DNA of 34,850 bases from Macrostomum lignano (GCA_002269645.1 NIVC01003716.1:1-34850), one strand, 5' to 3'. Shown: positions 19,255-30,963, counted from the stretch's first letter. Made by a program: numbers and translations. Notes: a model not told the origin generated them from the sequence alone.

Positions 19255-20714
19255 TGATTTATGGCCGCACCTGTCATCTTTTTACGACCCTGTGGGAACT
19301 GATAGGATCTCTCGGTCACGTGATTCTGGGTAGCAACGAGCTTAGCCAATCAGAAAATTCGGCGCTCATTTTAACAAAACGGCTCAGCCAATCAGAATCG
19401 ACGTGTTCCATTATAACAAACTGCGGTCCAGTTGGCGGCTATTTAAACCATGTTTTTGGCCCGCTCGGACGCAACTCTTGCTTGGGTCCAGCACGCAACT
19501 TCTGGTTCCCGGAGCGCGACCGTCGTTTCTTGATCCCCAGATTGCGACTTCCCCCCATCATCATCAAGGACGAATCCCCCGGTCGTCAGCAGCGAACATC
19601 AAGCGAAGATCATCACCTGCTAGCTATTAGCGAAGATTGTGTCAGCATCATCCCGAGTCTACAGCTACAGAGCATCAAGCCGATTCGGTCACTGTGGATT
19701 ACCTGGTCTCCGGCTGTTGAGTTTCTGATTGGTTGGGTGAGAGGCTACCTAGACTTGCTTGATTGGGTGATCCCCTATCTGTCCCCTGTTTCAGTAGCTG
19801 GATTAGGCGCACACTTTTGCTCATTTTGTTCAGTAGTGCTGTTACTGAGGCAGAAATCACTTAATAATACTACTAGTAGTCTAAACTCCAATTCGATCTG
19901 AGGTGTGAAGTGATTTAAGGAGAAGGCTAAATCTGACAGTTATTTTTATCGGTTTTAGTTCTTTGTTCGCCGATGGCTCAGATGAGTAGCTAAGCTAGAA
20001 GGCGCCGGTCACAGTGGACCAATGGCAAGGCGGTTCTCAGTCGATCAATCTACCAAATCAGTGAGCAAAACTGCCAGAAGTGCAGAATCGGCGCCAGAGA
20101 TGTACTTTGTGCACTCTAGGTTAGCCAAGCGGCTCGGGTAATGAATCATGCGGTCTCTGAAGTTCGAGTTAGTCTATCATTAGCGCTATGAGAGGCTAGT
20201 TGGCGCGTTGAAGGCCAAAAGTACATATCTTCGTATTTAGCAATGTAATAGTACATGTAGCTACCCCATAGACTCGCCACTGCAAGAATCCCCTGCACAA
20301 GTCCCCTCTGTACCTGCATGGCCAATGCGATCTAGTCCCAGCAGTGTCCCTTATCATCGGCTATGACTTCGAGATTGACAGCAAAAAGACACTAGTTGGC
20401 AGGTAAGTGCAAAGCCCCTTCTAGTCGGAAGCCCGATTTCGAGAGTCCCGGTGTGGTGAGCCAGGACGCACGGGCTGGTGGCAGCGAGTTAGCTTAGTCT
20501 GCGGATGAGCTAATTTCTACTTTCAAAATTCTCCCTGCTCGTCTCTCGCTGTCCCTCTCTTAGCTGTAGGACCTAGACTGCTCGCCACACGATCAAGCTA
20601 CCATGGGGCTGACCATCTGACAGGAGTGGGGGGCCAGGACTCTAATTGATTTATTTCTGAGGCCTGAGGCCCGAAGGCTTCCTCACAAGGGGCCTGAAAG
20701 GTCGAAACCCATCA
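19255..20714 (+). mobile_element. 5' LTR of a Gypsy-type retrotransposon (left boundary approximate)
   Basis: Ends ...CCCATCA 2 nt before the PBS; candidate start TGAT at 19255 (TGAT...ATCA). U3 promoter with two AGCCAATCAGAA boxes (19344-19355, 19386-19397) and TATTTAAA (19440-19447). Confidence 0.65.
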
Positions 20715-20716
20715 AA

Positions 20717-20734
20717 TGGTGGCAGCGGTGGGAT
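20717..20734 (+). promoter_or_regulatory. Primer-binding site complementary to the 3' 18 nt of tRNA-Leu
   Basis: TGGTGGCAGCGGTGGGAT is the reverse complement of ...AUCCCACCGCUGCCACCA, the 3' end of animal tRNA-Leu(AAG/UAG). Confidence 0.9.
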
Positions 20735-21011
20735 GTTTGGTAAACACTAGCCGGTAAGAAGTGGTAAAGTGCTTACCGGTAGTGATGGCTGGTAAATGGC
20801 AAATTGTGACAGAATAATAAAATCGAGTTGCGCCGTTTAAATTTCAAAATTGGGAATTCAGGTTTCTTTTAGATTACTGTAAGTAGTCACTTGCGATAGC
20901 TTTTCAAGTCTGAATTATGAGAGTCCAAAAATGCACGAAAAATTTATGCTACTGGAACCAAAAAAAAATTACTAGTATGAATTGCTTATCATTAAATGCA
21001 TGCCTATTCCA

Positions 21012-21124
21012 AAAAATCAACCAAAAAAAATTATAAAAATTCAAAAAGCCAGAGCATATAAAAAAAATCAACCAAAAAAAATTATAAAAATTCAAAAAGC
21101 CAGAGCATATAAAAAAAATCAACC
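21012..21124. repeat. 51-bp tandem repeat (2 copies plus a partial)
   Basis: AAAAAATCAACCAAAAAAAATTATAAAAATTCAAAAAGCCAGAGCATAT repeated. Confidence 0.95.
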
Positions 21125-23288
21125 CCGCACATATAACTCTCTCAGCTTGACCAGTTATCTAGGCTCTCTGCTTAGTTCTCCAGTTTTGATTTCAGCCATC
21201 TAAATATGCGAAAAATAGAGACTTAGGATAGTTCTTGTACTTTTGCTAAACAGAAAAGTTTCGAACTGATCACTCGAAATTAAGCTATTAATTTTTGTCG
21301 TGTAGACAAGAGGCCATTATCCGAATGGTAATGCTTCCTCGGCCAAAACGTTCATTATAGAATGCTGACAGCGCTCGTAGTTTTTGTCTTGTTTGCTAAA
21401 TCTAGAATCAGGCAGCTTTTTGGATGTGCGAAGCCTTGGTTTCATACGCAGGGCCTCACGGGTTTTGGGTTCAAAGGTTATACTCTGGAGCAGATTAGTA
21501 CGGGACAGTCGGATTAGCGTACTGTGTGATCATAGTATCATTTCGATTTAAATCGGGGTGTTCTATCTGAGTGCTTCTCACGAATTGTTGTCCGCTATTC
21601 GGGCTTTGGTGGTATAAATCGCTTTAAGTGGCAACGGAGAGCTCAAATTCCCACCGCAATTCTCGGTATTCCGGCTAACAATGGCAAGTGCTGTGCCGTT
21701 GGGCCTCTGGATGCGCTGGGTCAGACATCCATGTCCTGAAAAATATGTCTGGGGTTGATGGCTACCGGAACGCGAGAACAGCCACGCTACTTTGGGTTTG
21801 GGTACAGAATTGTGAGGTCTGAAGTTACTTTAAGTTCGTACATTTACCATCTGCTTAGCCTAGGAGTCTGGAAAGTGTGTAGGTATTACTTTCAGTAGTA
21901 CAGTTTGCCAGTGCACAAGTAATTTTTCCTGGTTGCGGAATTTAGGGTTTGGAAGTTTGCTTTTGCCCTTTCGGTTCTTTCTTAGAATTGGAGGGGTATC
22001 TAATGTAAATACAGTAAGGAAAGCGGAGAGAATTACCCACACGGTGCCATGGTAGTATGTGCGAATTCCAGCTACCGCTCTGGTTAACGATTCTGCAGAG
22101 AGCAGAAAACGCCGTGGCTATTCATTTTTATGATAGCAAGAGGAGGGGAGCGCAGCTTTGTCTGGACAGACTCTACTGACTCAAGACACAGATGTCTTCT
22201 GTGGTTCGCCGCTATAAAAATACCCGACCCGATAACGTAGGGTCATAATATTTGACAAACTTTCCTGCTGCCCGTAGCTTTTTCTATGATCAAAATTCTT
22301 AGGGACCGTGCCAAAGGTTTTGTTGCGGAGTGAACACTGCACTACGGACCTGCTTAACTCCTTGTGTATTATCTGTCTGTTCGCGAGTATCGTTCATTAG
22401 GTGTAATCCGCCCTCACCGGTCAATGCTGACGAAAACTACACAGAGGGGCCACTGGGCGCGCTGGGTCAGACGTCCAAGTTCCGCTAAAAGATCAGCCTT
22501 GATGGGGATTGTGAATCTGTCTAGCCGTAGCAGCACCCGGACGGTTTCCTAGTGGCGATACCACGCAGGAGAGCTCTAATACACATGAGGTGCCCACATA
22601 TTGGCGCCTGCAATTTAGGCTAATAAGAGCTGATGAGACCCTCCATGATTTACTAGCCCATTAAAATTATTCGGAAGCAAAAAGAGCCGCTCAGAGAGAA
22701 AGAGAGACTGAGACTGTAGTAGCCTGCGGAAAGCTGTGGCCTCAGCCCAGTTGAGAATCAGTGAGTTTAAAAGCAGCAATTTGAGAAAATCCGAAGTCGG
22801 ATTCAAGACAGAGACAGAAGGATTTTAGGTGTGAAAAATTTGAAGTCAAGTGTGACTGCGGTGTGAGTGGAATAAGTGAAGTTTCCGCTTTGTTGGTTTT
22901 TGCGTATTTTTTTCATTTTTGTGCTGTGTTTGCGATCATTATCGCAAGCCCCGCGCTCGTATTGTACGCTTTTTGTATATAGATCGCGTATCTTTTGCTT
23001 ATTTGCGTGTTTTTTATTTTTGCTTGTTATTTATTGCTTTTGTTTTGAGCTCCCCAACTCGCGGCGCTCAACCCCCCATTGCTCACTTGTGTCAAAACCC
23101 TACCCCAGTTAGGCTTTTTGCACAATCTCCCCCCTTCCCCCCCCCATTCGATTCGATTCATTGCTATTGTCTTGCTTTGAAGCAGACACCCAAATTCGGC
23201 TAATAGCCAATTGCATTCATTTTTTTCCGCCCCGGTTCAGATTCACATTCTTTTGTTCTGTCCCGGCAACTGGTGTTGTGCCCGAACT

Positions 23289-24638
23289 ATGGAAACATGT
23301 AATTCCAGTACCAGTAAGTCAGGAGGTAGAGGCAGAAGAGGTAGAGGGAATAGGAACGGATCAGCAGCCGCCGCTGCAGCCGCCTGCGATTTTTCGTCCC
23401 AGGGCTCAGGCTCCCCCGAGCGATCAGAGTGCGGGTCATCCCCGCAGAGAGCCCCACCTCAACCCCAAGCCGCCGACATGGCAGCCCAATTAGCGCAAGC
23501 CCTTGCAGCTATCGGATTGGGCAGAGAGACACAGAGTGTCAAGATTAGCGTTGAGAAATTCAACCCAGCAGAATCCTGCTTCCCCCAGTGGGTTGACAGA
23601 GTCAAGTTCAAACTCAGGTCTGAAGAGATTAGGGACAGAGAGCAGAAGAAGAGCACAGTAATCTCGCTCCTCCCCCCAGATCTGCAGAGTCTTGCTATTG
23701 CCCTCCATCCCGGCCTTGACTTTGAGGAATTTATAGAAAGGTTAGGTCGTCAGGTAGGAGAGGCCAGCCCAGAACTAGCGAAGAGGAACAAGGTCCGGAA
23801 TCTAAAACAGAAGGCAGGCCAGAATCACCACGCCTATTCGGCCATGGTGCGTAGTGTGATAGCTTCTGCTTACCCCGACATGAGTCCTAGACAGTTAGAG
23901 TCGGAGGTGATCTTTGCCTACTTGGAAACAGCTGACATCGCCCCAGATGTGCGCAAGTCGCTGCTAGGGCAACAGTTTCGCAGCATTGATGAAGTGCTGG
24001 CAGCACAGCAGAATCTCCAAGAGGCAGATGAGATTTCCCGGCGCTTAGCGCGAGACCAGCCCAGATATGATCAGCGTAGGGACGATAGAAGCAGAGATCA
24101 GAATCGCCCCAGCGACAGAGAATATCAACGCAGGTGGGTCCGCATGCTAGAGTCAGAGGAAGGAAGGGAAGTAGAAGAGGCACTGGCAGATTTACAGCAG
24201 CGCCAAAATAGCCTAGATGAAACCGTCGGCAAGATTTACGGCGCTATGAGCCAGGTTGCGGAGAGGATTGATCAGGCCATGATAAGCCACTCAGATCAGT
24301 GGGAGGGAGACCTCACCGTGGTAGAAGATACTGAGCGAGCTAGCCAACCGCCTAAGGGCAAGCCCCCGCCCCCCTCATCTCAAAATCTGTCAGCGAAGCC
24401 CGCACTATTGAGGCAGAACGCGATTTATGGTGACTCGGCCAAGCAGACTGAAAGAACTGAGGTTTACCGGCCCCCGCAGTTGCGCAACAGTGCACGCGCG
24501 CGCCCGCCTCCCCTGCATGTTCCTACCCAGGGAGAGAGCAGTACAGGAGAAGAGAATTTGAGGCCCCCGCCAACCCCGGCGCCAGGAGCGCAGAAACGGC
24601 GGCCCACTTTCTATCTCCCGCCCGGGTCGGAAAACTGA
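23289..24638 (+). CDS. gag: Retrotransposon Gag (capsid domain), start uncertain (23289 or 23478)
   Basis: Long intact ORF with SVEKFNP..SCFPQWVDR...LKQKAGQNHHAYSAMVR...AYPD, typical of Gypsy CA (Q-x-x-x-E/Q-S/N-x-x-x-Y/F motif). Lies downstream of an LTR and PBS and is followed by an aspartic protease in the -1 frame. Confidence 0.85.
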   Translation: METCNSSTSKSGGRGRRGRGNRNGSAAAAAAACDFSSQGSGSPERSECGSSPQRAPPQPQAADMAAQLAQALAAIGLGRETQSVKISVEKFNPAESCFPQWVDRVKFKLRSEEIRDREQKKSTVISLLPPDLQSLAIALHPGLDFEEFIERLGRQVGEASPELAKRNKVRNLKQKAGQNHHAYSAMVRSVIASAYPDMSPRQLESEVIFAYLETADIAPDVRKSLLGQQFRSIDEVLAAQQNLQEADEISRRLARDQPRYDQRRDDRSRDQNRPSDREYQRRWVRMLESEEGREVEEALADLQQRQNSLDETVGKIYGAMSQVAERIDQAMISHSDQWEGDLTVVEDTERASQPPKGKPPPPSSQNLSAKPALLRQNAIYGDSAKQTERTEVYRPPQLRNSARARPPPLHVPTQGESSTGEENLRPPPTPAPGAQKRRPTFYLPPGSEN

Positions 24639-24671
24639 GAGTAGGGATGGGTGGCGCCCACACTCACCCCT
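24629..24671 (+). promoter_or_regulatory. Putative -1 ribosomal frameshift signal (gag-pro)
   Basis: G_GAA_AAC at 24629-24635 immediately before the gag TGA; 7-nt spacer; hairpin AGGGATGGGTG-GCGCCCA-CACTCACCCCT (24643-24671, 10/11 pairs). The pro frame is -1 and open across this site. Confidence 0.65.
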
Positions 24672-25141
24672 CTTCTGGACTTTCAAGGGCAAATTTAGCA
24701 AATGGTGGCAAAAGGAAAGTGAACCTTGTACCCGATTTCATTGTTCCTAGGAGGTCTGCAACATTTAAAAGCTCTCGAGCTGACGTGTATGTGAAAGTTC
24801 AAGTGGAGAGATTGCCACTCCGAATTCTCATTGATTCTGGATCGGCAGTCTCCATCTTGCCCTTCAGAGACTTTGTGGCGGCCACTAATGATGACATGGA
24901 CAGGTTGGAAGCCCCTACAGTCTCTATCTATTCCTATAGCGGGCATAGATTAGAGATTGTGGGTCAGTCCAAGCTGATTGTCACCCTAGGGGCTGAAACC
25001 ATGCCAGTAATGTTTTTAGTCGCCAGTGACCTCGCCACGAGGCCTCTGTTGGGCAACTCTTTTCTGGCAGCCGCGCCTGCTGTCTTGGACTATCACACTA
25101 GAAATTTACTAGTATTGGGGCAAATGCTCCCATTCTGTTGA
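24647..25141 (+). CDS. pro: Retropepsin aspartic protease; pol ends after the protease
   Basis: RILIDSGSAVSIL (catalytic DSG), ISIYSYSG flap-like segment, PLLGNSFL (ILGxDFL-like). Stop at 25141 with no RT/RNaseH/integrase motifs downstream. Confidence 0.9.
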   Translation: MGGAHTHPSSGLSRANLANGGKRKVNLVPDFIVPRRSATFKSSRADVYVKVQVERLPLRILIDSGSAVSILPFRDFVAATNDDMDRLEAPTVSIYSYSGHRLEIVGQSKLIVTLGAETMPVMFLVASDLATRPLLGNSFLAAAPAVLDYHTRNLLVLGQMLPFC

Positions 25142-25742
25142 CTTCCTTGCGAACTTTGAGGTTTGGGGCCCAACTCGGTTTCCCCTTGCCCACCCCTCTT
25201 TGGCTAAAGTATTATAACAGGTTGGACTTCTAGAGTGATTAGGTCAAATTAATCAGGAATCAGTATGCTCCTAGACCTAGATAAGTTTCTATTGCGCCAT
25301 TGCCACCTAGGCAACACCTTTGGTAATATACTTTTCTAGGTGGCAAACTACTACAATGTCTAGTGCAACTAAATTTGATATAACAAACTCGTTAACTGTT
25401 CTTTAACTTAGTTAAAACTTAGTTCAAAATTTGTTAAATTCAAAAAATAATTAAATATGCAAAACTAAAGGATTGCCAAGTATTGCACTTATTAAAAAGT
25501 GATTATTGCACTTGATAAATAATATATTCACGTACTTAATGATTAAAAGATTATTGAACTTAATAAGTTCAAAATATTATATTAAATAAATACTATGATT
25601 GTTGGAGTAGCTGAGGAAGGGATTATTGCACTAGCTTAGAAAAGGCTTATTTATCAACTAAGATATGAATTTTTACAATATCTAAGAAAATCATAATGCT
25701 TTATCTAAGGAAATAATTGCATTAGATATTTTCCATCTGGTG

Positions 25743-26085
25743 GATGCTTGCTATTTAGAAATATTTGCTATTTAGAGATGCTTGCTTTCTGAGAGATGCT
25801 TGCTATTTGGGGGATGCTTGCTCTTAGGATAAGGGGATACTTGCTATCTAGAAAAGAGGTGCTAGCTATCTAGGGATTCTTTCTATCTAGGGATGTTTAG
25901 TGTTTTGGGATGTTTGCTTTCTGGGAGATGCTTGCTATTAGGAGGGGTTGCTTGTTTTTTAGGGATGCTTTCTATCTGGGACTGGGAGATACTTGCTTTT
26001 TGTAGGATGCTTGCTATCTAGGGGGGGCAGGGGTGTTTGCTATCTTGGGATATTGCTATTGTTGGATGCTTGTTACCTAGAGGGA
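25743..26085. repeat. Degenerate 17-22 bp tandem repeat (GATGCTTGCTATCTAG-like)
   Basis: More than 10 diverged copies of GATGCTTGCT(A/T)T. Confidence 0.85.
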
Positions 26086-26989
26086 TCCTTGCAGTCTTGG
26101 ATATGTTTTCTATTTACAGAGAATGTCTGTTATCTTTGTAAAAGCTTTATTTTGTTGTCTTTTTATTACTTTTAGTAAAGAGATTCATGGTTAACATTTT
26201 TGTCTATAACAATTTCACTTCAATAATGTGATTTATTAAATTAAAGAAGGAATTGGTTCTTAGGAAAATGTTTTATTTATTGTATTTTCATGAATAATTT
26301 TTGCTAGGGCCTATATTAAACATTCTGCTTATATTTACTACTCCTATACCAAATAATTCTATTTGCTATATTAGTTGTAGCATATCTCTTAGCCCTATCT
26401 CTTTTTTCCTTTGTCTTTGCTCTTGAACTATGCCATTTTATATTTTATAATGTTTGCCTTTATTTATAGGTTAAGAGAAAAAGACATTGTTTAGGAGTAC
26501 TTAGCAAATGTTTCATTATATTGGGTTTTTGTGCATTCTGGATACACCTAAATCCTTAACAGAGTTACAAATTTGCATCTTAATTTTTTCATTGGTATGT
26601 ATATTGGCCTAGTTGTAATTTACACCTAGATTTTGCAAATTTTATCAAAGTTCTAATATGTTCTCTCTATACTCATGCATTGGTTTTCTATTACAATTTG
26701 GTCTCTAGCAAGAAACATGCATTCCCAGCATCCAACATGTTTCCATTTTTCAATTTTCCTAACTTTAATAATTATCAGCAATAATCAAATTATCAATACT
26801 CAAAGGCTCAACCCTCCATTCACCCTGAAGCTCTCCCTTCTCAAACCTGTTAGTCAAAAGCTGCCTGCACTCGATTGGTTTTGTTGGCTGCTTGGGTTTC
26901 CTGACCATATCTGTAACATCTTACTATCCTAAATCGTTCACATCACAAAAATACTGTACCACCTGAGCCCTGAGCTAAACTACACCTCT

Positions 26990-28267
26990 GTCCCTGGGCA
27001 GCTAGACAGCCAACCGAGGCTCGTTGAGGGCTTGGGTGAGTCGCTTTTTGTGGTCGGCAGAAGTAAATAAAAAAGCCCAGCAAGACCGCCCGCTTCATAT
27101 TCTCCGCCTTGTCTTCGAATTCAGTGCCGGCAACTTTCCTATCGCAGGCCGCCAGAATGGCTGAGCTTATCAGGCCCGAATCGCGGACTACTCGCAGTGA
27201 GGTAGTGTGTTTTTCAGTTGAGAATTACATCTTGGAGCCTGCAGCTGAGCAGACCACTAGCTTGCTGCGAGGTCCGCCAAGCAGCTGTCTGTCCATGCGT
27301 CACATTCGATCTCCGATGTTCAATGCGTTTTCAATCTGTTTTTTGGCTCTTTGAAATCTGATTGTTAGATCTGTTTTGCCCCACTGCTTTATTCCCCAGT
27401 CTCTCGGGATTCGGGAGACATTTTAGTGCTACGTTTTAGGGAAGGAAGTCATGTGCCAATAGGCTTTGTGTTTTTCTTTTGATTTCTCAAAAAGTTGCTG
27501 TTTGCAATCTTTTGCTGCTTTGTTTCTGTACCGAAGGCGAGATAGCAGTGATTGAAATGGATTTGCCAAATGTAAGCAGTGCCCTCTGCTATATACACAG
27601 TTTCCCCAGTTCCCCTGCGTCATCCAGGCTCGCAAGAGTTCAGCAGTTTCCTATCGAGATAAGGTTAGGCTTAGGCGAAATTGCGGTGTCTTACTCGGTT
27701 CTGTGTTTACATTTCTGCGCCCGACGTCCCCGGATTCCCATCTTCGCAGTGCCAATTTGGGAGTAGCGATTGCGGCGACCTTATCAAGAAAGCAGGCGCC
27801 TTAATCTCAGCAGTCCCCACTGAGCGTACATTTGAGTCGCCCGGCAGTCTGGTCAAGTCCGGTCTGCCCTTCACAATCCTCAGACCTGTCTATATGCTTA
27901 GCATCAGTTTTGCAAAGCACTGACTTCGAGCCATCCAACTGGAATGTTCTGGTGCCAAACTTCACTGGATTTATCTTAGCCAAATTACAAACTTTCAAAA
28001 ATTGCTTGTTTCTATGGTGTCCTGGGGCCCCGGAGTTGCAAATTCAACTTCGACTGACTGGCCTTTGCCATGATAATCTTGATAGCGCCCAGCCCGTTTC
28101 CCGATGCGTTCCAGCCGCCGTCTTTTCGGCCTCTGTTGTAGCGCAGCCGCCGCTGCCGACGAGCGAGTAGCTGCTGGACTCGCCGCCCAGGCTGCTAGAC
28201 ATGCGACTGGCATCAACCGATGGGGCCTCACCGGCGGCTGCTGGCCGCGCCTGGCAGCCCCCGTCAT
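26990..28267 (-). pseudogene. Degenerate long reading frame of unknown family
   Basis: ORFs 27807-27998 and 27429-27635 share a frame that continues to ~27000 with about 7 stops in ~335 codons (...FLDKVAAIATPKLALRRW...SLLSRLRYRNKAAKDCKQQLFEKSKEKHKAYWHM...RFQRAKKQIENALNIG...). ORF 27995-28267 may be a frameshifted N-terminus. Confidence 0.35.
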
Positions 28268-28336
28268 GGTTGGCGCCCGTGCTGGCCGTAGCCTCGGCGC
28301 TGCTGCTTTTGGCCATCATTCTGCTGCTGGTGAGCT

Positions 28337-28892
28337 TTCATGTACTGTGGGAATGGATTCATGTACTATAGGGATAGATTCATGTACTGTGGGAATAGAT
28401 TAATGTACTGTGGGACTAGATTCATGTACTGTGGGAATAGATTCATGTACTGTAGGGATGGGTTCATGTACTGTGAAAATGTATTTATGTATTGTGGGAA
28501 TGGATTCATGTTTTGTGGGAATGGATTCATGTACTGTGGGAATAGATTAATGTATGTACTGTGGGAATAGATTGATGTACTGTGGGAATAGATTCATGTA
28601 CTGTGGGAATAGATTCATGTACTGTAGGGATGGGTTCATGTACTGTTGAAAGGATTCATGTACTGTGAAAATGTATTCATGTATTGTGGGAATGGATTCA
28701 TGTATTGTGGGAATGGATTCATGTACTGTGGGAATGGATTCATGTACTGTGGGAATGGATTCGTGTACTATGGGAATGGATTCATGTATTGTGGGCATGG
28801 ATTTCCTATGTACTAAAACTCGTGTACTGTGGGTATGAATTTATGTACTGTGGGAATATATTCATGTACTACGGAAATGAATTAATGTACTG
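28337..28892. repeat. 21-bp minisatellite (~25 copies)
   Basis: Unit TTCATGTACTGTGGGAATGGA with variants. Confidence 0.97.
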
Positions 28893-29389
28893 CAGGTTGC
28901 TTTTGTTTGGAGTATCTGCATGAGTTGTGAGCAGGTATCAGTCTATGTCCCAAATTGTGTCAGCAGATATTTGGTGGTTTGTGTGAAAAATTAACTTGCA
29001 CACGCTTCGATACTATGTTGAACAGCACACTGAACAGTAGATTATATTGCCAGTCTTTTTAGTCTGGATTTCCTGGTTTCCAAAGTATTCCTTGCTCCAA
29101 TTTTGGTTGACTTTGATGACTTTATTTGTCTCTCTGTGTTCACTTAGCAGTGATAGCCGCCCGCCCCTAGTCTGCTGTACCTGTCTGTGCTGTAGGCTTA
29201 AACTCGGGCTTATTGGGCACGTCATCTTGTATAAATATTGCTGCAAATGCGTCTTGTGTTATTGGCTGTGCTATTCTCGCTGTTCTGAATACTTTTGCCC
29301 ACCTGCCTTCATACTGATGATGAGTGGCCTGAAGCGCCACTGGATAAGACATAATCCTCTTTGTCACTCTCTGGTGAGTTTTTACTTAA

Positions 29390-30225
29390 CTGCAGATGAT
29401 AGCGTGCTGACCTGTAGATGATAGCGTGCTGACCTGTAGATTATAGCGTGCTGAACTGTAGATTATAGCGTGCTGAACTGTAGATTATAGCGTGCTGAAC
29501 TGTAGATTATAGCGTGCTGAACTGTAGATTATAGCGTGCTGAACTGTAGATTATAGCGTGCTGAACTGTAGATTATACCGTGCTGACCTGTAGATGATAG
29601 CGTGCTGAACTGTAGATTATACCGTGCTGACCTGTAGATGATAGCGTGCTGAACTGTAGATTATACCGTGCTGACCTGTAGATGATAGCGTGCTGAACTG
29701 TAGATGATAGCGTGCTGAACTGTAGATTATACCGTGCTGACCTGTAGATGATAGCGTGCTGAACTTTAGATTATACCGTGCTGACCTGTAGATGATAGCG
29801 TGCTGACCTGTAGATTATAGCGTGCTGAACTGTAGATGATAGCGTGCTGAACTGTAGATTATAGCGTGCTGAACTGTAGATTATAGCGTGCTGAACTGTA
29901 GATTATAGCGTGCTGAACTGTAGATTATAGCGTGCTGAACTGTAGATGATAGCGTGCTGAACTGTAGATTATACCGTGCTGAGCTGTAGATGATAGCGTG
30001 CTGAACTGTAGATTATACCGTGCTGAGCTGTTAGATGATAGTGTGCAAAACTGTAGATGATGGCGTGCTGAGCTGTTAGATGATAGTGTGCAAAACTGTA
30101 GATGATGGCGTGCTGAGCTGTTAGATGATAGTGTGCAAAACTGTAGATGATGGCGTGCAGAAGCGTAGATGATGGCGTGCAGGACTGTAGATTATGGCGT
30201 GCAGGACTGCAGATAATAATGTGCA
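29390..30225. repeat. 22-bp minisatellite (~35-38 copies)
   Basis: Unit CTGTAGAT(T/G)ATAGCGTGCTGAA; variant blocks (ACCGTG/GACC; alternating 22/23-mers) toward the right end. Confidence 0.98.
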
Positions 30226-30963
30226 GAACTTGACGATGGCGTACTGACCTGCATGTGTTTATGTGTTACGAGTGCATGAATTTCTGAAAAAGCCGCTTGC
30301 ATGCGCTTTGAGTTGCAGCTCGCATTCCCGGATCCTCTCCGGTTTTTGCCTGTCCAGGCTGAGCTGAGGACGCATTGAAACAAATGAAAAGATTCTAAAA
30401 CCGACTCTGGCCTGGAAGTTACTGAGTGTCAAGTAGTCTGTCTTTATGCCGTCCGTCTGTCTGCAGGCCTTTTTAATTAAGTAAACAGATGTTCTCAGCT
30501 TCTAAGAAGTGATTGTCGAGTTCAGGCAAGCCATCCAGCCTATATGAAGTAGAGAAGATCATTTGAGTTGCATTATTTAAGAAGTTCCGGTACAAGTCAT
30601 ATATTTCATATTCATATTTTGTGCAAGTGTTTCATTTTGCAGCATGAATTTACAGCATCTGGATGCAGCGCCGCTTAGTATAAGAAGTTCCAACTAGTCG
30701 CCTAACTTTTATCGCACATACTGGTATTTACAGCAGGCATAATTTCAAGTCGAAAGTACTCAACACGTCAATGTACGTGTGGCTTTTACGGTAAAAACTC
30801 CCTTGTGAGATCCAAGTTTATTACTGAGATTTCCGATGCGCCAAATATCGGGAAATTGAGTCTCCATCGGCTACAATAAATTTCTTGCTCACAATCAACC
30901 TGATGCCGTGTCGCACACTCAGCTATCTGGTGCCACTGTTCTCATGCGCTCTCTTGCTCACAG

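Noticed and set aside
19185-19901. 238-aa + strand ORF
   Set aside because: Overlaps the LTR U3/R promoter elements, starts outside the LTR and has no recognisable domain.
21300-22042. Antisense env-like or accessory ORF in the retroelement leader (MWVILSAFLTVF...)
   Set aside because: Only 60 aa before the first stop, multiple further stops, and no fusion-protein motifs.
28340-28923. Cys/Met/Tyr-rich ORFs (MYCGNGF repeats)
   Set aside because: Translations of the 21-bp minisatellite, with indels that break frame.
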